A stretch of DNA of 63,210 nucleotides from Candidatus Nomurabacteria bacterium. Its GTDB lineage: Bacteria > Patescibacteriota > Minisyncoccia > Phycocordibacterales > UBA10002. The stretch spans positions 1 through 63,210 of the forward strand of contig CALRDB010000003.1 in assembly GCA_943354745.1 (NCBI GenBank), read 5' to 3'. Under the pieces are notes generated by a model, which saw only the letters and a list, made by a program, of their open reading frames with translations, ran no database searches and was not told the origin of the DNA. Positions 9,131-19,906 of the stretch are shown piece by piece. A program made the translations under genes and the position numbers. How positions within the stretch are numbered: position 1 is the first letter of the stretch; the number at the start of each line of letters is the position of its first letter.

Positions 9131-9757
9131 ATGATAAATCTATCTGAATTCCTTACGCTCGCTGCCCTCCATGTTGCCGTGGTAATCAGTCCCGGCCCAA
9201 ACCTAACGCTGGTGGCAAAAAATAGCGTGACCATGCATTTCCGCTTGGCCATCTACTGTGTTCTTGGGATCGCAACTGGCGCGTTTCTCCACGTTTGTCT
9301 TGCAATCTTGGGATTGAGCGCTTTCGTGCTTACATACCCGATGTTGTATCTATTTCTGCAGCTCTTTGGCGCTGTGTACCTGGTGTACGTCGGTACCAAA
9401 GCTGTTCGGACCAAAGCGTACAATCTCGAAGAACAAGTTGCTCTGGCAACGGAAACCTCAACCGCCCACGTCGCGTTCAGCGAGGGGTTCATCAATATGA
9501 TGAGTAACCCGAAGGCGTACCTCTTCATCTTTGCCCTGTTCACACAGGTGGTAGGTGCGACACCGGTAGCGATCAAGCTTCTCTACGGACTTTGGATGTC
9601 CGCCGTTGACATCGTATGGTTTGCGTCTGTTGCGTACGTCCTTTCTCGACCAAGCGTCAAGATTCGCTTCACCGCTAGGTTGCACTACCTGGCTCGGGGA
9701 TTTGGAATCGTTCTAATCGGTTTCGGGGTATGGATATTCATTTCTGCCTTTCGGTAG
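9131..9757 (+). CDS. LysE/RhtB family amino-acid exporter
   Basis: ISPGPN motif, GAVYLVYVG, NPKA motif, six hydrophobic segments. Confidence 0.88.
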   Translation: MINLSEFLTLAALHVAVVISPGPNLTLVAKNSVTMHFRLAIYCVLGIATGAFLHVCLAILGLSAFVLTYPMLYLFLQLFGAVYLVYVGTKAVRTKAYNLEEQVALATETSTAHVAFSEGFINMMSNPKAYLFIFALFTQVVGATPVAIKLLYGLWMSAVDIVWFASVAYVLSRPSVKIRFTARLHYLARGFGIVLIGFGVWIFISAFR

Positions 9758-9786
9758 CCGTGCATCATTCAAACCCCAACACTCTC

Positions 9787-9818
9787 AACCGCCCCGAGGT
9801 TATATCGGGGCGGTTTTT
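9787..9818 (+). terminator. Intrinsic terminator
   Basis: aaccgccccga-ggttata-tcggggcggttttt. Confidence 0.8.
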
Positions 9819-9848
9819 CTTATTCATATTCCAAGTGTTCATTACGAG

Positions 9849-11423
9849 CTACGAGTTCTGCAACTGCTTCGGACGATACTGGAGAGCTTCCATGAGGTCA
9901 CCTGTGGTGATCTCGTCATGACCTTCAAGGTCGGCGACGGTGCGGGCGAGTTTAATGAGTCGATGATACGAACGGGCTGATAGGTCGTGTTTCTTCGCCG
10001 CTAGGTTTAGCGCCACTTTCACCTCATCGGAGAGCGGAATTGCGACCGCAATGTCGCGAGGGCCGACATCACTGTTTGTTGTGAATGGAAGTTTTAATTT
10101 TTTGTAGCGCTCCTGTGCTCTTGCTCTCGCCACCACAACTTTCTTGCGCACCTGTTCACTCGTCTCCTCGCTCCCGCGTCCCTCGGTCAGTTTTTCATGT
10201 TCTACTATCGATACTTCAGTCCACAGGTCGATACGGTCCACAATTGGGCCGGATATTTTCCGCTTATAGCGATCTATTTGGTGTTGACCGCAGTCACATC
10301 GCTTCCCTTTCACCCCATTATTACCACACGGACAAGGGTTCATGGCGGTGATAAGCGTGAAATGCGCTGGAAACTGCGCCGAACCTTTGACACGAGCAAT
10401 ACTGACCACGCGATCTTCAAGAGGTTGGCGGAGCGCATCAATCACTCGACGCTCAAACTCAGGAAACTCATCTAAAAACAGCACTCCTCGATGCGCGAGG
10501 GTGATCTCACCAGGCTTAGGTGTGGCTCCTCCGCCAACGAGTGCAATATACGATGCCGTGTGGTGTGGTGAACGAAATGGAGGATAGGTGATGAGTGGTT
10601 CTTGGAGTGTGCCAGCAACCGAATGAATACCCGTGACTTCAAGTGCTTGTTCGATATCAAGTGGGGGAAGGATTGAGATAAATGCTTTTGCTAGAAGCGT
10701 CTTCCCTGTTCCGGGCGGTCCCCACATAGCGATGTTGTGTCCGCCGGCTGCGGCGATTTCAAGTCCACGTTTTGCCGTTCTTTGCCCTTTAACATCTGCG
10801 AAATCAACTTGGTATTCGCGTGTCCCGACCTCAAACCGGGTTTGCGGCGTCGGCTTCATCTTTTTCTTCTGGACGAACGGCCGGTCTTCATCGGGTAAGA
10901 TATCTTTCTCGGTGAGATGGGCACAGAGTTCCCATAGATTTTTCACCCCATACACCTCAATTCCATCAATAAGCGCCGCTTCCGTCGAGTTACCAAAAGG
11001 GACGTATATTTCCTTGAAACCTAAACGCTTCGCTTCGCGTACGATAGGAAGCACTCCATGAATTGGTTGTACCATACCATCGAGAGAGAGTTCCCCAACA
11101 AACAGTTTTCCTTTTACTTCGGCAGACAAGCACTTAGAGGCGATAAGATAACCTACCGCCATCGGAAGATCAAAGCTCGGTCCCTCTTTTTTCGTGTCGG
11201 CGGGAGCAAGCGAGATGACGATTTTGTGGTTCTTTTGTTTCGGCGATTTGAAACCAGTGTTCTTAATGGCAGCAGAAATCCGATCTTTTGCTTCCTCTAC
11301 GGCTTTGTCGGGGAGGCCGACAATTGAAAACGCGTTGAGTCCTTTGGATAGGTCAACCTCAACGCGTACGAGACCTGTTTTTAGGAGATGGACTTGGGCG
11401 GAACTAACTGTTGCAAAACTCAT
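9849..11423 (-). CDS. comM: YifB/ComM family AAA+ ATPase (Mg-chelatase-like helicase)
   Basis: IVGLPDKAVEEAKDRI, DLPMA, GPPGTGKT, FRSPHHTAS, LDEFPEF, AMNPCPCG, KISGPIVDRID. Confidence 0.92.
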   Translation of the reverse strand: MSFATVSSAQVHLLKTGLVRVEVDLSKGLNAFSIVGLPDKAVEEAKDRISAAIKNTGFKSPKQKNHKIVISLAPADTKKEGPSFDLPMAVGYLIASKCLSAEVKGKLFVGELSLDGMVQPIHGVLPIVREAKRLGFKEIYVPFGNSTEAALIDGIEVYGVKNLWELCAHLTEKDILPDEDRPFVQKKKMKPTPQTRFEVGTREYQVDFADVKGQRTAKRGLEIAAAGGHNIAMWGPPGTGKTLLAKAFISILPPLDIEQALEVTGIHSVAGTLQEPLITYPPFRSPHHTASYIALVGGGATPKPGEITLAHRGVLFLDEFPEFERRVIDALRQPLEDRVVSIARVKGSAQFPAHFTLITAMNPCPCGNNGVKGKRCDCGQHQIDRYKRKISGPIVDRIDLWTEVSIVEHEKLTEGRGSEETSEQVRKKVVVARARAQERYKKLKLPFTTNSDVGPRDIAVAIPLSDEVKVALNLAAKKHDLSARSYHRLIKLARTVADLEGHDEITTGDLMEALQYRPKQLQNS

Positions 11424-11530
11424 ACAATACGAATTAACGAATTTGTTCGAATATACGAATAGAAACGAATCAGAAAGACTCTTGCCTTATTCGCAAATAT
11501 TCGTGGATTCGTTTATTCGAATATTCGCAT

Positions 11531-11887
11531 TTACCGCAGGTGCGCCTTGCACGTCATTGCCGCGGGATTCGCACCAAGTCGGTCAGTTTCAATTTCCTTT
11601 TTACAAACGATACAGGTCCCGTAACTTCCACTCTCGATTCGCTCAAGAGCGTCGCGAATCTCGGCAAGGCGTACTTCCAGTTGTCGTACGAGCGCCACAT
11701 TCTCTTCAAATGATTCGAGTTTATCGGCAACCTCATCTCGGTCCGCCGGTCTCTCTTCGGTATCGGCTTTTGGCTCCCAATCCTTCGAGTTTTCTGGATT
11801 ACGTCGCGCTACGGTGCTGAGTTCTTTCTCAACCAAGTCTTTTTCAGTGAGTAATGTTTGTTTAAATGTATGAGTGTTTGATGTCAT
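11531..11887 (-). CDS. TraR/DksA C4-type zinc finger protein
   Basis: ALERIESGSYGTCIVCKKEIETDRLGANPAAMTC; ends CKAH (three Cys seen, fourth ligand possibly His). Confidence 0.85.
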   Translation of the reverse strand: MTSNTHTFKQTLLTEKDLVEKELSTVARRNPENSKDWEPKADTEERPADRDEVADKLESFEENVALVRQLEVRLAEIRDALERIESGSYGTCIVCKKEIETDRLGANPAAMTCKAHLR

Positions 11888-12051
11888 ATGAATTAAGTAT
11901 ACGAAAATAAGAATTAAAGTCCAACGAATTGCAACGAATGAGAGACGTCACCTTTGGCTTTGGTAGGCCTGGCGAAGACGAACTATAAGGTTTTAATACG
12001 GCTTTTATTCGGAGCCATTTGTGTATTCGTATAATTCGTATCTTCGTATGT

Positions 12052-12993
12052 TTACCTCAGCCTTCCTCCCCCTGCCCTGTTAATGAGGACCTTTAAGGTA
12101 TCTTCATTGGTAGTAACAACAAGGGTCTGCTTATCGATAAAGGAATACAGAAAGACAATAGTTCCTTCTGGACTAAATATCGCACGGACGTCCTTATTCC
12201 GCACAATCGCATCTTTTACAGTAATCGTATTTTGAAGTGTTTCTAAGGTACTGCTCCCAACTTTCTGAAGTATGTTACGTGAGGAGACATCGAACAAGGG
12301 ACCCAAGGTATCGAGTATCGTTTCTTCCCAGGCAAGCATGCCAGCAAACGCGTAGTCGTATGACGAAACACTGAAAAGCAAAAAAGGTTTGCCTCCTTGT
12401 AGTCCGTGTACCCCTAGCGTTGGTGTGGTCCCGAGCGCGCGGATAAGTGACGGTGGCGTTGCTTCATCGAGTTTTGTTAGAAGCGCCTCGGTGGTAAGAG
12501 GAGAGGAGTTATCTGTAATTGGAATGATACGGATTTCGTTTTGTGGAACCGATAAGGCTTTGATACTGCTCGTGAGAGCCTTAAGTATACCTACGCGACC
12601 CTCAGTACCTTTAAGGGTGACACCGATAGAAAGAGGTATCTGTGTCTTCGGTTCAACCACCACTTTTGTTGGTGGCTTTTTGAAATAAAAGTAGGTCCCA
12701 ATACCAACACCTACCAACACGATGGCCCCTAAAGCCACGAACGCGAGAAGTTTGATGTTCCAGGGTGTGGTGATCGGGAGACTGTTCGAGATCTGGAATA
12801 CTTTTGAAGGTTTTGGTGTGGGTGGAGCAGGTACTTCCGATACCTCTTCCTTTTCTTGCTTAACCTGCCGCACACCTTCTGCAATGGCAATTGTGGCCTT
12901 AGAAACTTGTTGTTTCTTCATCATTTCCTCGACGTCGCTCTGGTAGGTATGAATACGCTTCAAAGCACCCTGTTCGTTCGATTTGGGAGGCAT
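12052..12993 (-). CDS. Hypothetical single-pass membrane protein (start MPPKSNE)
   Basis: IHTYQSD N-terminal motif, one TM segment, C-terminal LYSFID..TLVVTT; a type commonly seen in Parcubacteria. Confidence 0.7.
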   Translation of the reverse strand: MPPKSNEQGALKRIHTYQSDVEEMMKKQQVSKATIAIAEGVRQVKQEKEEVSEVPAPPTPKPSKVFQISNSLPITTPWNIKLLAFVALGAIVLVGVGIGTYFYFKKPPTKVVVEPKTQIPLSIGVTLKGTEGRVGILKALTSSIKALSVPQNEIRIIPITDNSSPLTTEALLTKLDEATPPSLIRALGTTPTLGVHGLQGGKPFLLFSVSSYDYAFAGMLAWEETILDTLGPLFDVSSRNILQKVGSSTLETLQNTITVKDAIVRNKDVRAIFSPEGTIVFLYSFIDKQTLVVTTNEDTLKVLINRAGGGRLR

Positions 12994-13041
12994 AGTATGT
13001 ATTGTCGCAATAAACAGGGGACTAATCAAACCTTCCTTTCG

Positions 13042-13845
13042 CTAGTCTTTTACCAACGTAGACTTCCACGATAACTCAAATATGGTTTTCATAATGCGGT
13101 GAATTGCCTCGTCCTCGATCACTGTCCCAATCATTTTCCCCTTTTCAAAATTCGCGATAGAAACCTTGTTTTCTCCATAGACGGTGATTTCCCCCACAAA
13201 AGGAAATTGCTCTTCTTTCACGAAACGCATTTCTGGCCGTATCTTCTTTTCTGTGTGTTCATAACGCCACACGGAAAAAGTGCGGTTCTCTTCCGTGTCG
13301 GGAAGAATGCCTCTTGTCGTAATACCGATTTTTTCTTTTTCACGCACATACTGGTTGAAGAACTTCGGTGGGAGAAATTGGCGGAGTTCCGCCGCGTTTG
13401 CGAAGGCAAGCATTTCGTAAGGACGGTTCACGGAAATATGGTCGGTATAAATAGCGAGTAATCCTTCAGCCCCTTCGTAGTAGGTGACTCTCGGCCGTTC
13501 ACCGTGAGCGCTGTAGAGACCTTCAATATCAGGAAGGACCGACTGTGCCCGCTCCGCACACTCGCGCGCCATTCCAACCTGGCTTTCTGCGTAGCGAACA
13601 ACCTTTTCCGGCTTCTCTATTTGGTAGAAAAGCTTGTTTTTCTTCTCTATTTCATTCACTAGTCCCCGAACCGACAACGTCAGTAGGACATGATACACAG
13701 TACTTCTATTTAAGCCGGTGTAGTTCGCCACTTTTGACGGATACGCCCCGCTCAGCTCCAGAAGGCAGAGATATACTCTCGCCTCTTTGTCGGAAAAGCC
13801 CGATTTTTCAAGCTTCTGCAGGAGTTCCGGGTGAGTAAATTGCAT
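13042..13845 (-). CDS. TrmB family transcriptional regulator
   Basis: GFSDKEARVYLCLLEL...GLNRSTVY wHTH; YYEG..G effector domain; EITVYGENKV. Confidence 0.88.
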   Translation of the reverse strand: MQFTHPELLQKLEKSGFSDKEARVYLCLLELSGAYPSKVANYTGLNRSTVYHVLLTLSVRGLVNEIEKKNKLFYQIEKPEKVVRYAESQVGMARECAERAQSVLPDIEGLYSAHGERPRVTYYEGAEGLLAIYTDHISVNRPYEMLAFANAAELRQFLPPKFFNQYVREKEKIGITTRGILPDTEENRTFSVWRYEHTEKKIRPEMRFVKEEQFPFVGEITVYGENKVSIANFEKGKMIGTVIEDEAIHRIMKTIFELSWKSTLVKD

Positions 13846-13989
13846 AAAACTACGATAGCAGAAGTGGTATTTTTGTCAATAAAGACGCACAAAATATATC
13901 AAAAAGCATAAAACCCTTATTTATAGGTATATTGTATCCCAATATGGATATATATGTCGCACAAATATTGACGTATCTGATATACTATT

Positions 13990-15129
13990 GTGAAGAAAGA
14001 TTATTCATTAGTAGTAATAAGTATGAAACTACATATAAAAAGTCTTGCAGGTCTTGTTCTCTTTCTGGGTCTGGTTATTTTCGGGGTTGCTCTATTCTGT
14101 TCGGGAAGTCCTGTTGTGCCTGGAAAAGAGGTTATTACCATCGGCACGACGCTTCCGCTCACAGGAAACCTCGCGTTCCTTGGTGAATCATACCGGGACG
14201 CTATTAATCTTGCGCTAAAAGACCTACCAAAGTCGGACAAATATACCTATAAGGTTGTATTTGAAGACGACGGGTTTGATCCGAAGAAAGCGGTAAGCGC
14301 GGCGCAGAAACTTATTGACAGCGACAAGGCGGACATACTTTTCTCGTTCGGTTCTCCGGCGGGTAATGCCGTGAGTCCGATTGCGGAAGCTCGCCGTATC
14401 CCCCACTTGAATGGTATCGCCTCCGATACGAATGTCGCGAACGGTGTCTACAACTTTGTACACTGGACACCGCCGTATGAGGAGGCTCGGGTGTTAACGC
14501 AAGAATTGCAGAAACGAGGCATCACCCGCGTCGGTATCTTGGAAACAAATCAGCCGGGCACGATTGCTGTCGGTAACGCGGTTCGTTCCTCTCTCGCGAA
14601 GACTCCGATACAAGTTGTATCCGAGGAACGGTTTGCCCCCGGAACGAAGGACTTTCGGTCAATCATCAGTAAAGTGAAAAATAGCGGAGCGGAAATCTAT
14701 CTTCTCGAGGCGACTTCGCCGGAACTTGAAATTATGGCGAAGCAGATGCGGGAACTCGGGGTCAAAGAGCCGTTCACCTCCATCGAAGGGTTTGAATTTA
14801 CGGACGAGCCCGCCCTCTTCGAGGGAATGTGGTACGTGAATGCCGCAGATCCGACTGCCGACTTCGTTGGACGATTCTCCAAAGAATACGGACGCGAGGC
14901 AAAAATCGGAGCCCCAAACGGATACGACGCACTGAATCTTATTGTGTACGCGGTTGAGCATGCGGGAACAAAAGAGAAACCCAACGCTTTGGACATCGTT
15001 GCGGGACTTAACCGGATCAAAGATTTCTCTGGAGCTGTCGGCACGCTGAATGTCGATAGCGAAGGCCTCATGTTGTCGCAGGCAACAGTTCGTGTGATGA
15101 GAGACGGTAAGCCGATTACCATTCGATAA
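13990..15129 (+). CDS. Periplasmic-binding protein, LivJ/LivK (branched-chain amino acid) type
   Basis: IGTTLPLTG, EDDGFDPKKAVSAAQKLI, NGYDALNLI, FSGAVGTL. No permease or ATPase adjacent. Confidence 0.85.
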   Translation: MKKDYSLVVISMKLHIKSLAGLVLFLGLVIFGVALFCSGSPVVPGKEVITIGTTLPLTGNLAFLGESYRDAINLALKDLPKSDKYTYKVVFEDDGFDPKKAVSAAQKLIDSDKADILFSFGSPAGNAVSPIAEARRIPHLNGIASDTNVANGVYNFVHWTPPYEEARVLTQELQKRGITRVGILETNQPGTIAVGNAVRSSLAKTPIQVVSEERFAPGTKDFRSIISKVKNSGAEIYLLEATSPELEIMAKQMRELGVKEPFTSIEGFEFTDEPALFEGMWYVNAADPTADFVGRFSKEYGREAKIGAPNGYDALNLIVYAVEHAGTKEKPNALDIVAGLNRIKDFSGAVGTLNVDSEGLMLSQATVRVMRDGKPITIR

Positions 15130-15189
15130 TTTTTGTCCATTCGAAAAAGAAAAAGACCCGGTAAGGGTCTTTTTCTTTGGTGTAAAAAT

Positions 15190-17325
15190 TTATACTCGCG
15201 TAGCAGGAGGGGTAGGCTTTTTGATAAAGTCAGGATTTGCGTCTTTGATAGAGAGTTTAACACGTCCACGCTCGTCGATTTCTTTTACGACGACCGGCAC
15301 CTTGTCGCCGACATGGAGGACCGATTCAACCCGGTCGATACGGAAGGGAGCGATTTCGGAAACATGGACCAAGCCTTCAGTGCTTCCATCACCGATGGCC
15401 ACGAAGGCACCGAACTCGGCGATTTTTACTACCGTTCCCTCGGCTCGTTCCCCACGCTTGTATTCGTGGGTAAGTGCTTCAATGATAGCCGCTGCCTTGT
15501 CCGCGCTTCCCTCTTTTCCGGAGATAAAAATGGTTCCGTCTTCTTCTATATCTATAGCGTCAACACCTGTCTTTTCTTTAATACCGTTGATGGTCTTCCC
15601 TCCTCCGCCGATAACCAATCCTATTTGATCTTTCTTTACGCGGATGGTGATGATTTTCGGAGCAAGCGGTGAAATATCCGGCCGAGGCGCGGAGATTTCC
15701 GCGGTAATGACCTCAAGTATTTTATAGCGAGCCTGTTTTGCTTTTTCGAATGCCTCTGCGAGAATCGGAATCGGAATACCATTCACTTTGACGTCCATTT
15801 GTACGGCGGTAACACCGGTCTTGGTGCCCGCAACTTTAAAGTCCATGTCGCCATGGTGGTCTTCCGGTCCTTGGATATCAGTAAGTACTTTGTACTCCTG
15901 TGTGTTGCGCATCATAAGACCTGACGCTATACCGGCAACCGGAGCGGAAATCGGTACCCCTCCGTCCATAAGGGCGATAGTTGAACCGCAGACACTCCCC
16001 ATCGAAGTTGAACCGTTTGAAGCGAAGGCTTCAGAAACGAGACGAATCGTGTACGGGAATTTTTCCATCACTGGAATAACTGGAAGAAGTGCTTTTTCTG
16101 CAAGCGCTCCATGGCCGATCATGCGGCGGTTCGTGGAGCCGATACGTCCCGTTTCACCTGTTGAGAAAGGAGGGAAATTGTAATGATGAATGAATCTCTT
16201 TTTTGAATCATGGATTTCCATGTTGTCGATAATCTGTGCGTCTCCCGGACCGCCGAGCGTTAGTACAGAGAGGACATGAGTTTGTCCACGATAGAACACC
16301 CCGGTTCCGTGAAGCATCTTTGAGATACTTCCCGCTTTGGCGAAGAGTGTTCGGACATCATCCATTCCTCGTCCGTCCGGACGTCGGTTGTTATCAATCG
16401 CTTCGTTGTGGATGAGATCATTTACCGCGTCTTCATACACGCGGTCTGCGATACCCGGCTTTTCACCTGGGAAACGTTCCTTGGCGATAGCCATCCACTC
16501 GCCTTTCAGTTCATAGATACGTGCGTTTCCTGCCTGACCGAAGACATACTCCTTCATTCTCGGGGCAATTTTCTCTGCGAACATCGCGGTAAGTGTTTCT
16601 GGTGTTGCTGAAATTGTTACCAGTTGCTTCTTCTTACCGATTTCAGCGACGATTTTCTTTTGCCATTCTTGTATTTTTTCAATCTCCCTTCCCGCTTCTT
16701 CAAGTGCGGCGACAATGACTCCTTCTTGTACCTCCTTCCCGCCAACCTCGATCATGTTAATCAGGCCATCTTTTCCGCACGCGACCACATCCATTTCAAA
16801 TTCAGGGTTTTCAGCGCGATCCTTGTAGACAGGGTTGATGATGAGATGGTTTGTGTCTTTAAGTTTCCCAATGCGTACCGCTGAAACAGGTCCGTCCCAT
16901 GGGATATCCGATACACCAAGGGCAAGCGAGGCGCCAATAACGGCGAAGATATCAGGATCATCCTCGGCGATAGAGAGAATAGTAATGACTACCTGCACGT
17001 CTCGGCGCATTCGTTGGTCGAACAAGGGGCGGATAGTGCGATCCACAATACGTCCCGAAAGTACCGCCTCGTCGGTCGGCCGTCCTTCTCGACGAAGAAA
17101 ACGAGAACCCAGAATTTCTCCCGCGGCGTAAAAGCGTTCCTCGTAATCGACGGTGAGGGGAAAGAAATCCATGTCCTTCTCCCCCTTCGACATCGTCGCT
17201 GTCACGAGCGCGGTCGTGTTGCCGTACTTCATAATGACCGACCCGTTCGCCTGTTCAGCAAGGTCGGTAAACTCGGCGGTCAATTTCTTTCCGCCTACTT
17301 CTATAGAAAACTCTTTCTTGGTCAT
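15190..17325 (-). CDS. pnp: Polyribonucleotide nucleotidyltransferase (start MTKKEF at 17325)
   Basis: FFPLTVDYEER, RREGRPT, HHYNFPPFSTGE, SNGSTSMGSVC, GDMDFKVAGT; KH and S1 domains. Confidence 0.97.
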   Translation of the reverse strand: MTKKEFSIEVGGKKLTAEFTDLAEQANGSVIMKYGNTTALVTATMSKGEKDMDFFPLTVDYEERFYAAGEILGSRFLRREGRPTDEAVLSGRIVDRTIRPLFDQRMRRDVQVVITILSIAEDDPDIFAVIGASLALGVSDIPWDGPVSAVRIGKLKDTNHLIINPVYKDRAENPEFEMDVVACGKDGLINMIEVGGKEVQEGVIVAALEEAGREIEKIQEWQKKIVAEIGKKKQLVTISATPETLTAMFAEKIAPRMKEYVFGQAGNARIYELKGEWMAIAKERFPGEKPGIADRVYEDAVNDLIHNEAIDNNRRPDGRGMDDVRTLFAKAGSISKMLHGTGVFYRGQTHVLSVLTLGGPGDAQIIDNMEIHDSKKRFIHHYNFPPFSTGETGRIGSTNRRMIGHGALAEKALLPVIPVMEKFPYTIRLVSEAFASNGSTSMGSVCGSTIALMDGGVPISAPVAGIASGLMMRNTQEYKVLTDIQGPEDHHGDMDFKVAGTKTGVTAVQMDVKVNGIPIPILAEAFEKAKQARYKILEVITAEISAPRPDISPLAPKIITIRVKKDQIGLVIGGGGKTINGIKEKTGVDAIDIEEDGTIFISGKEGSADKAAAIIEALTHEYKRGERAEGTVVKIAEFGAFVAIGDGSTEGLVHVSEIAPFRIDRVESVLHVGDKVPVVVKEIDERGRVKLSIKDANPDFIKKPTPPATRV

Positions 17326-17414
17326 ACGCGAATTTCCCCCCTTTTTCCTCCCCTCTTTAGAGGGGAGGATTGAGGTGGGGTGGAGTTGCTCTCTGAAATG
17401 AAGACTTGAACCCA

Positions 17415-17579
17415 GAACCCATTTCAAAAATAACCGCCGGTTTGCCTACTGCGGATGTTTTTATTTGCCTGCAACTTGCCGTTCGGATTCGGCATGGCTC
17501 GGCTATGCCTTTTCCTCCATGGCTACGTTTCGGCAGAATAAAAACCTCCTCGCTACGGCATTATTTTTGAAATGGATTC
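17415..17579. repeat. 165-bp MITE-like element with 19-bp terminal inverted repeats
   Basis: gaacccatttcaaaaataa ... ttatttttgaaatggattc (18/19 complementary); inner gtttttatt/aataaaaac arms. Confidence 0.65.
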
Positions 17580-17771
17580 TCCGTATCAAATCTCTGTTTC
17601 CAGAGACCAACCGTTACTGATAATTGTCGTCAGTCTAGCAGAAAACTCTCAGTTGTTATATTTGACATTGAGATATCTATGTGGTAGATTACATTCAGCT
17701 TTGAACATTGCCAAATAGAACATTGGTCGCACCGTCAAGTCGCGCGATGTGTTCAAAGTCTAGAAAGAAAA

Positions 17772-18275
17772 ATGATTACTATTCCTGACGCAAGTGTTTC
17801 TGTGGTAGGTGGCAGAATAAGAGAGAATCTTGATGTAAACCTCAAGTGCGAGATGGAGAACGTTAGTGATCCAGAGGTGGCACCACTCATCTTGCCAGTC
17901 GTGTCTATATGGGACGATGAAAAAGGGAAACTGGCAGAATTTGAATTTGCGGAAGGGTTGCACTATAGAGGTCTTTCGAAGAACCCAATCGACTACCGCG
18001 TTGCCTTTGAGCTCATGAGATTCGGGGAGCTCAAACCTTCAGATGACCTGGTTTCGGTCGCAGAGCCCCCCACGTCTCTCCTCAAGGCTCTCTGTGTCCT
18101 TACTGAACATGTAATGGAACCTCTCGTCAAGATCCGCTTTACCGTGAAGAAAATTCACGGCGAGACGCTTGCTGACTGCCAGATTTCCTTCAAGGGGAGG
18201 AGGTTCGTCCTGCGTGGGGATGACGTCGAAACGCCGTTGGAAGTAATAAATCAATGTTTCAGTGTCGTGCATTGA
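17772..18275 (+). CDS. Hypothetical protein
   Basis: 167-aa ORF; upstream TTGACA-17-TAGATT promoter; followed by hairpin at about 18297-18322. Confidence 0.6.
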   Translation: MITIPDASVSVVGGRIRENLDVNLKCEMENVSDPEVAPLILPVVSIWDDEKGKLAEFEFAEGLHYRGLSKNPIDYRVAFELMRFGELKPSDDLVSVAEPPTSLLKALCVLTEHVMEPLVKIRFTVKKIHGETLADCQISFKGRRFVLRGDDVETPLEVINQCFSVVH

Positions 18276-18356
18276 ATATTCCAGTGTTTGCGTTACGAGG
18301 CGAAGGGTCACCCCTTCGCCTCTTTTTTGTCTAGAAGCTAACAGCTAAAAGCTGTT

Positions 18357-18869
18357 CTACCTCCTGCTTCCCAAAAGATACTTCCTGGGATTTTCGTCGA
18401 GGTCGAGGAAGTCGTCCGCCACTTCAAGAAGTTTGGCTGATGTTGATTTGCCGAAAGCGGCAACTTCCACTTGGCAACCCTGCATTTTGAGATATTCCAC
18501 AAGCGGGACGAAGTCACCGTCACCGGCAACAATGACCACCACATCCAGCTTTGGCGCCAGTTTCACTGCGTCAATCGCAATTCCCACGTCCCAGTCCGCC
18601 TTTTTTGCGCCACTTCCGAAGATTTGAAGGGGTTTTGATTTGGTTTCAATGCCGACTTTCTCCAAAGCTTCAAAAAACCCTTTCTCTTCGCCACCTTCGG
18701 TGGTAATGAGGTACGCGATAGCGCGAACGAGGATGCGATTCCCCACCACGTCTTTTAGGACCTGGCCGAAGTTTACATTCGCATGGTAAAGATTCTTGGC
18801 GCTGTGATAAAGGTTTTGTGTGTCAATAAAAATCCCTACACGCTGTTCAACATGCTTAATAACTGCCAT
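18357..18869 (-). CDS. NYN domain (LabA/DUF88, PIN-like) protein
   Basis: FIDTQNLY, KKADWDVGIAIDA, AGDGDFVPLV, ADDFLDL. Confidence 0.92.
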   Translation of the reverse strand: MAVIKHVEQRVGIFIDTQNLYHSAKNLYHANVNFGQVLKDVVGNRILVRAIAYLITTEGGEEKGFFEALEKVGIETKSKPLQIFGSGAKKADWDVGIAIDAVKLAPKLDVVVIVAGDGDFVPLVEYLKMQGCQVEVAAFGKSTSAKLLEVADDFLDLDENPRKYLLGSRR

Positions 18870-18982
18870 AAAAATAAATACTTCCCGTAACGCGCATACT
18901 TTGCGAGGTCGGGATCTATAAAAATGAGGAACTAATACTTATAAAAATGTAACTCGTGAATCCTCTGTTCACGGGCACGGAA

Positions 18983-19249
18983 CTATTTCTTCAAGTCCAT
19001 CTTCTTCAAAATCGCATTGTAGCGCTTGGTGTTCTTCTTTTGGAGATAGCGAAGGTGAGTTTGACGGTCAGCAACCATAGAAAGGAGTCCTCGTCGTGAG
19101 TGAGTATCTTTCTTGTGCTCCTTGAGATGCTTTGAAAGTTCGTCAATGCGTTTGGTGAGCACACCAATCTGCACCTCTGGCGATCCAGTGTCCTTATCGT
19201 GAATTCCTACCTCTTTTATAATTTTCTGCTTTCGGGTCTTGGTTAACAT
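18983..19249 (-). CDS. rpsO: 30S ribosomal protein S15
   Basis: DTGSPEVQIGVLT..I..L..HL..HKKD.HSRRGLL.MV. Confidence 0.97.
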   Translation of the reverse strand: MLTKTRKQKIIKEVGIHDKDTGSPEVQIGVLTKRIDELSKHLKEHKKDTHSRRGLLSMVADRQTHLRYLQKKNTKRYNAILKKMDLKK

Positions 19250-19906
19250 GATTTTTATACAGTAGCATAAAAGGTGTTATGGTGCAAGGGTCATGCGGGT
19301 ACACGCAAACAAGTAACCATTACATTTTGTGGTGGCGCCCTATAAGGCGGTTCTGTATATTTAAGTACGGTAACGCGGACTGTGTAAAAGATAGTAACAA
19401 TGAACCACAGAAGGGATGAGGGATACATAAAGGACAGTTATCCACAGGTATGTCCTTTACGTTGTCCATGAGGGTAGTATACTACTCAGCAGTCGGGGGA
19501 ATGCGTAGATTGCATTGTCCTGAAAAATGAGCGGAGGAGCCTGTCCAAATGTCTTGTCCTTGAAGAAATTCGAGAATGGGGTTTGTCGGCAAGCTCGATC
19601 TGTTTACGGTTCTTTGAAAGAGGATCAAAACTCTCTCTTTGTCGGGGAAAATCCAAAAAACTAGATTCTAAGAGATTTCTTTTAGCTTTTCTTGTTTCGT
19701 TGATGTAGGGCGTATTATGCAAGCAGTATTGTTTGTCTGGTATTCTTTCCATCGCGGTATAAAAGGTTAAATGCTCTTTATTTTCGAGAATTATTTCTCA
19801 GGCTAGTTTCTCAGCTATTTCCTCGATCTCCTTATACCGGTCTGGCACACGTCGGACTTAGGTATTAAGCCGCCCTTTGGGTTAAACCTTCTTTCAAGTA
19901 ACTAAG

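Noticed and set aside
19790-19800. In-frame TGA as a sign of genetic code 25 or selenocysteine
   Set aside because: Bona fide genes here (e.g. rsmE, mutY, TrmB 30681) end in TGA, so TGA is a stop.
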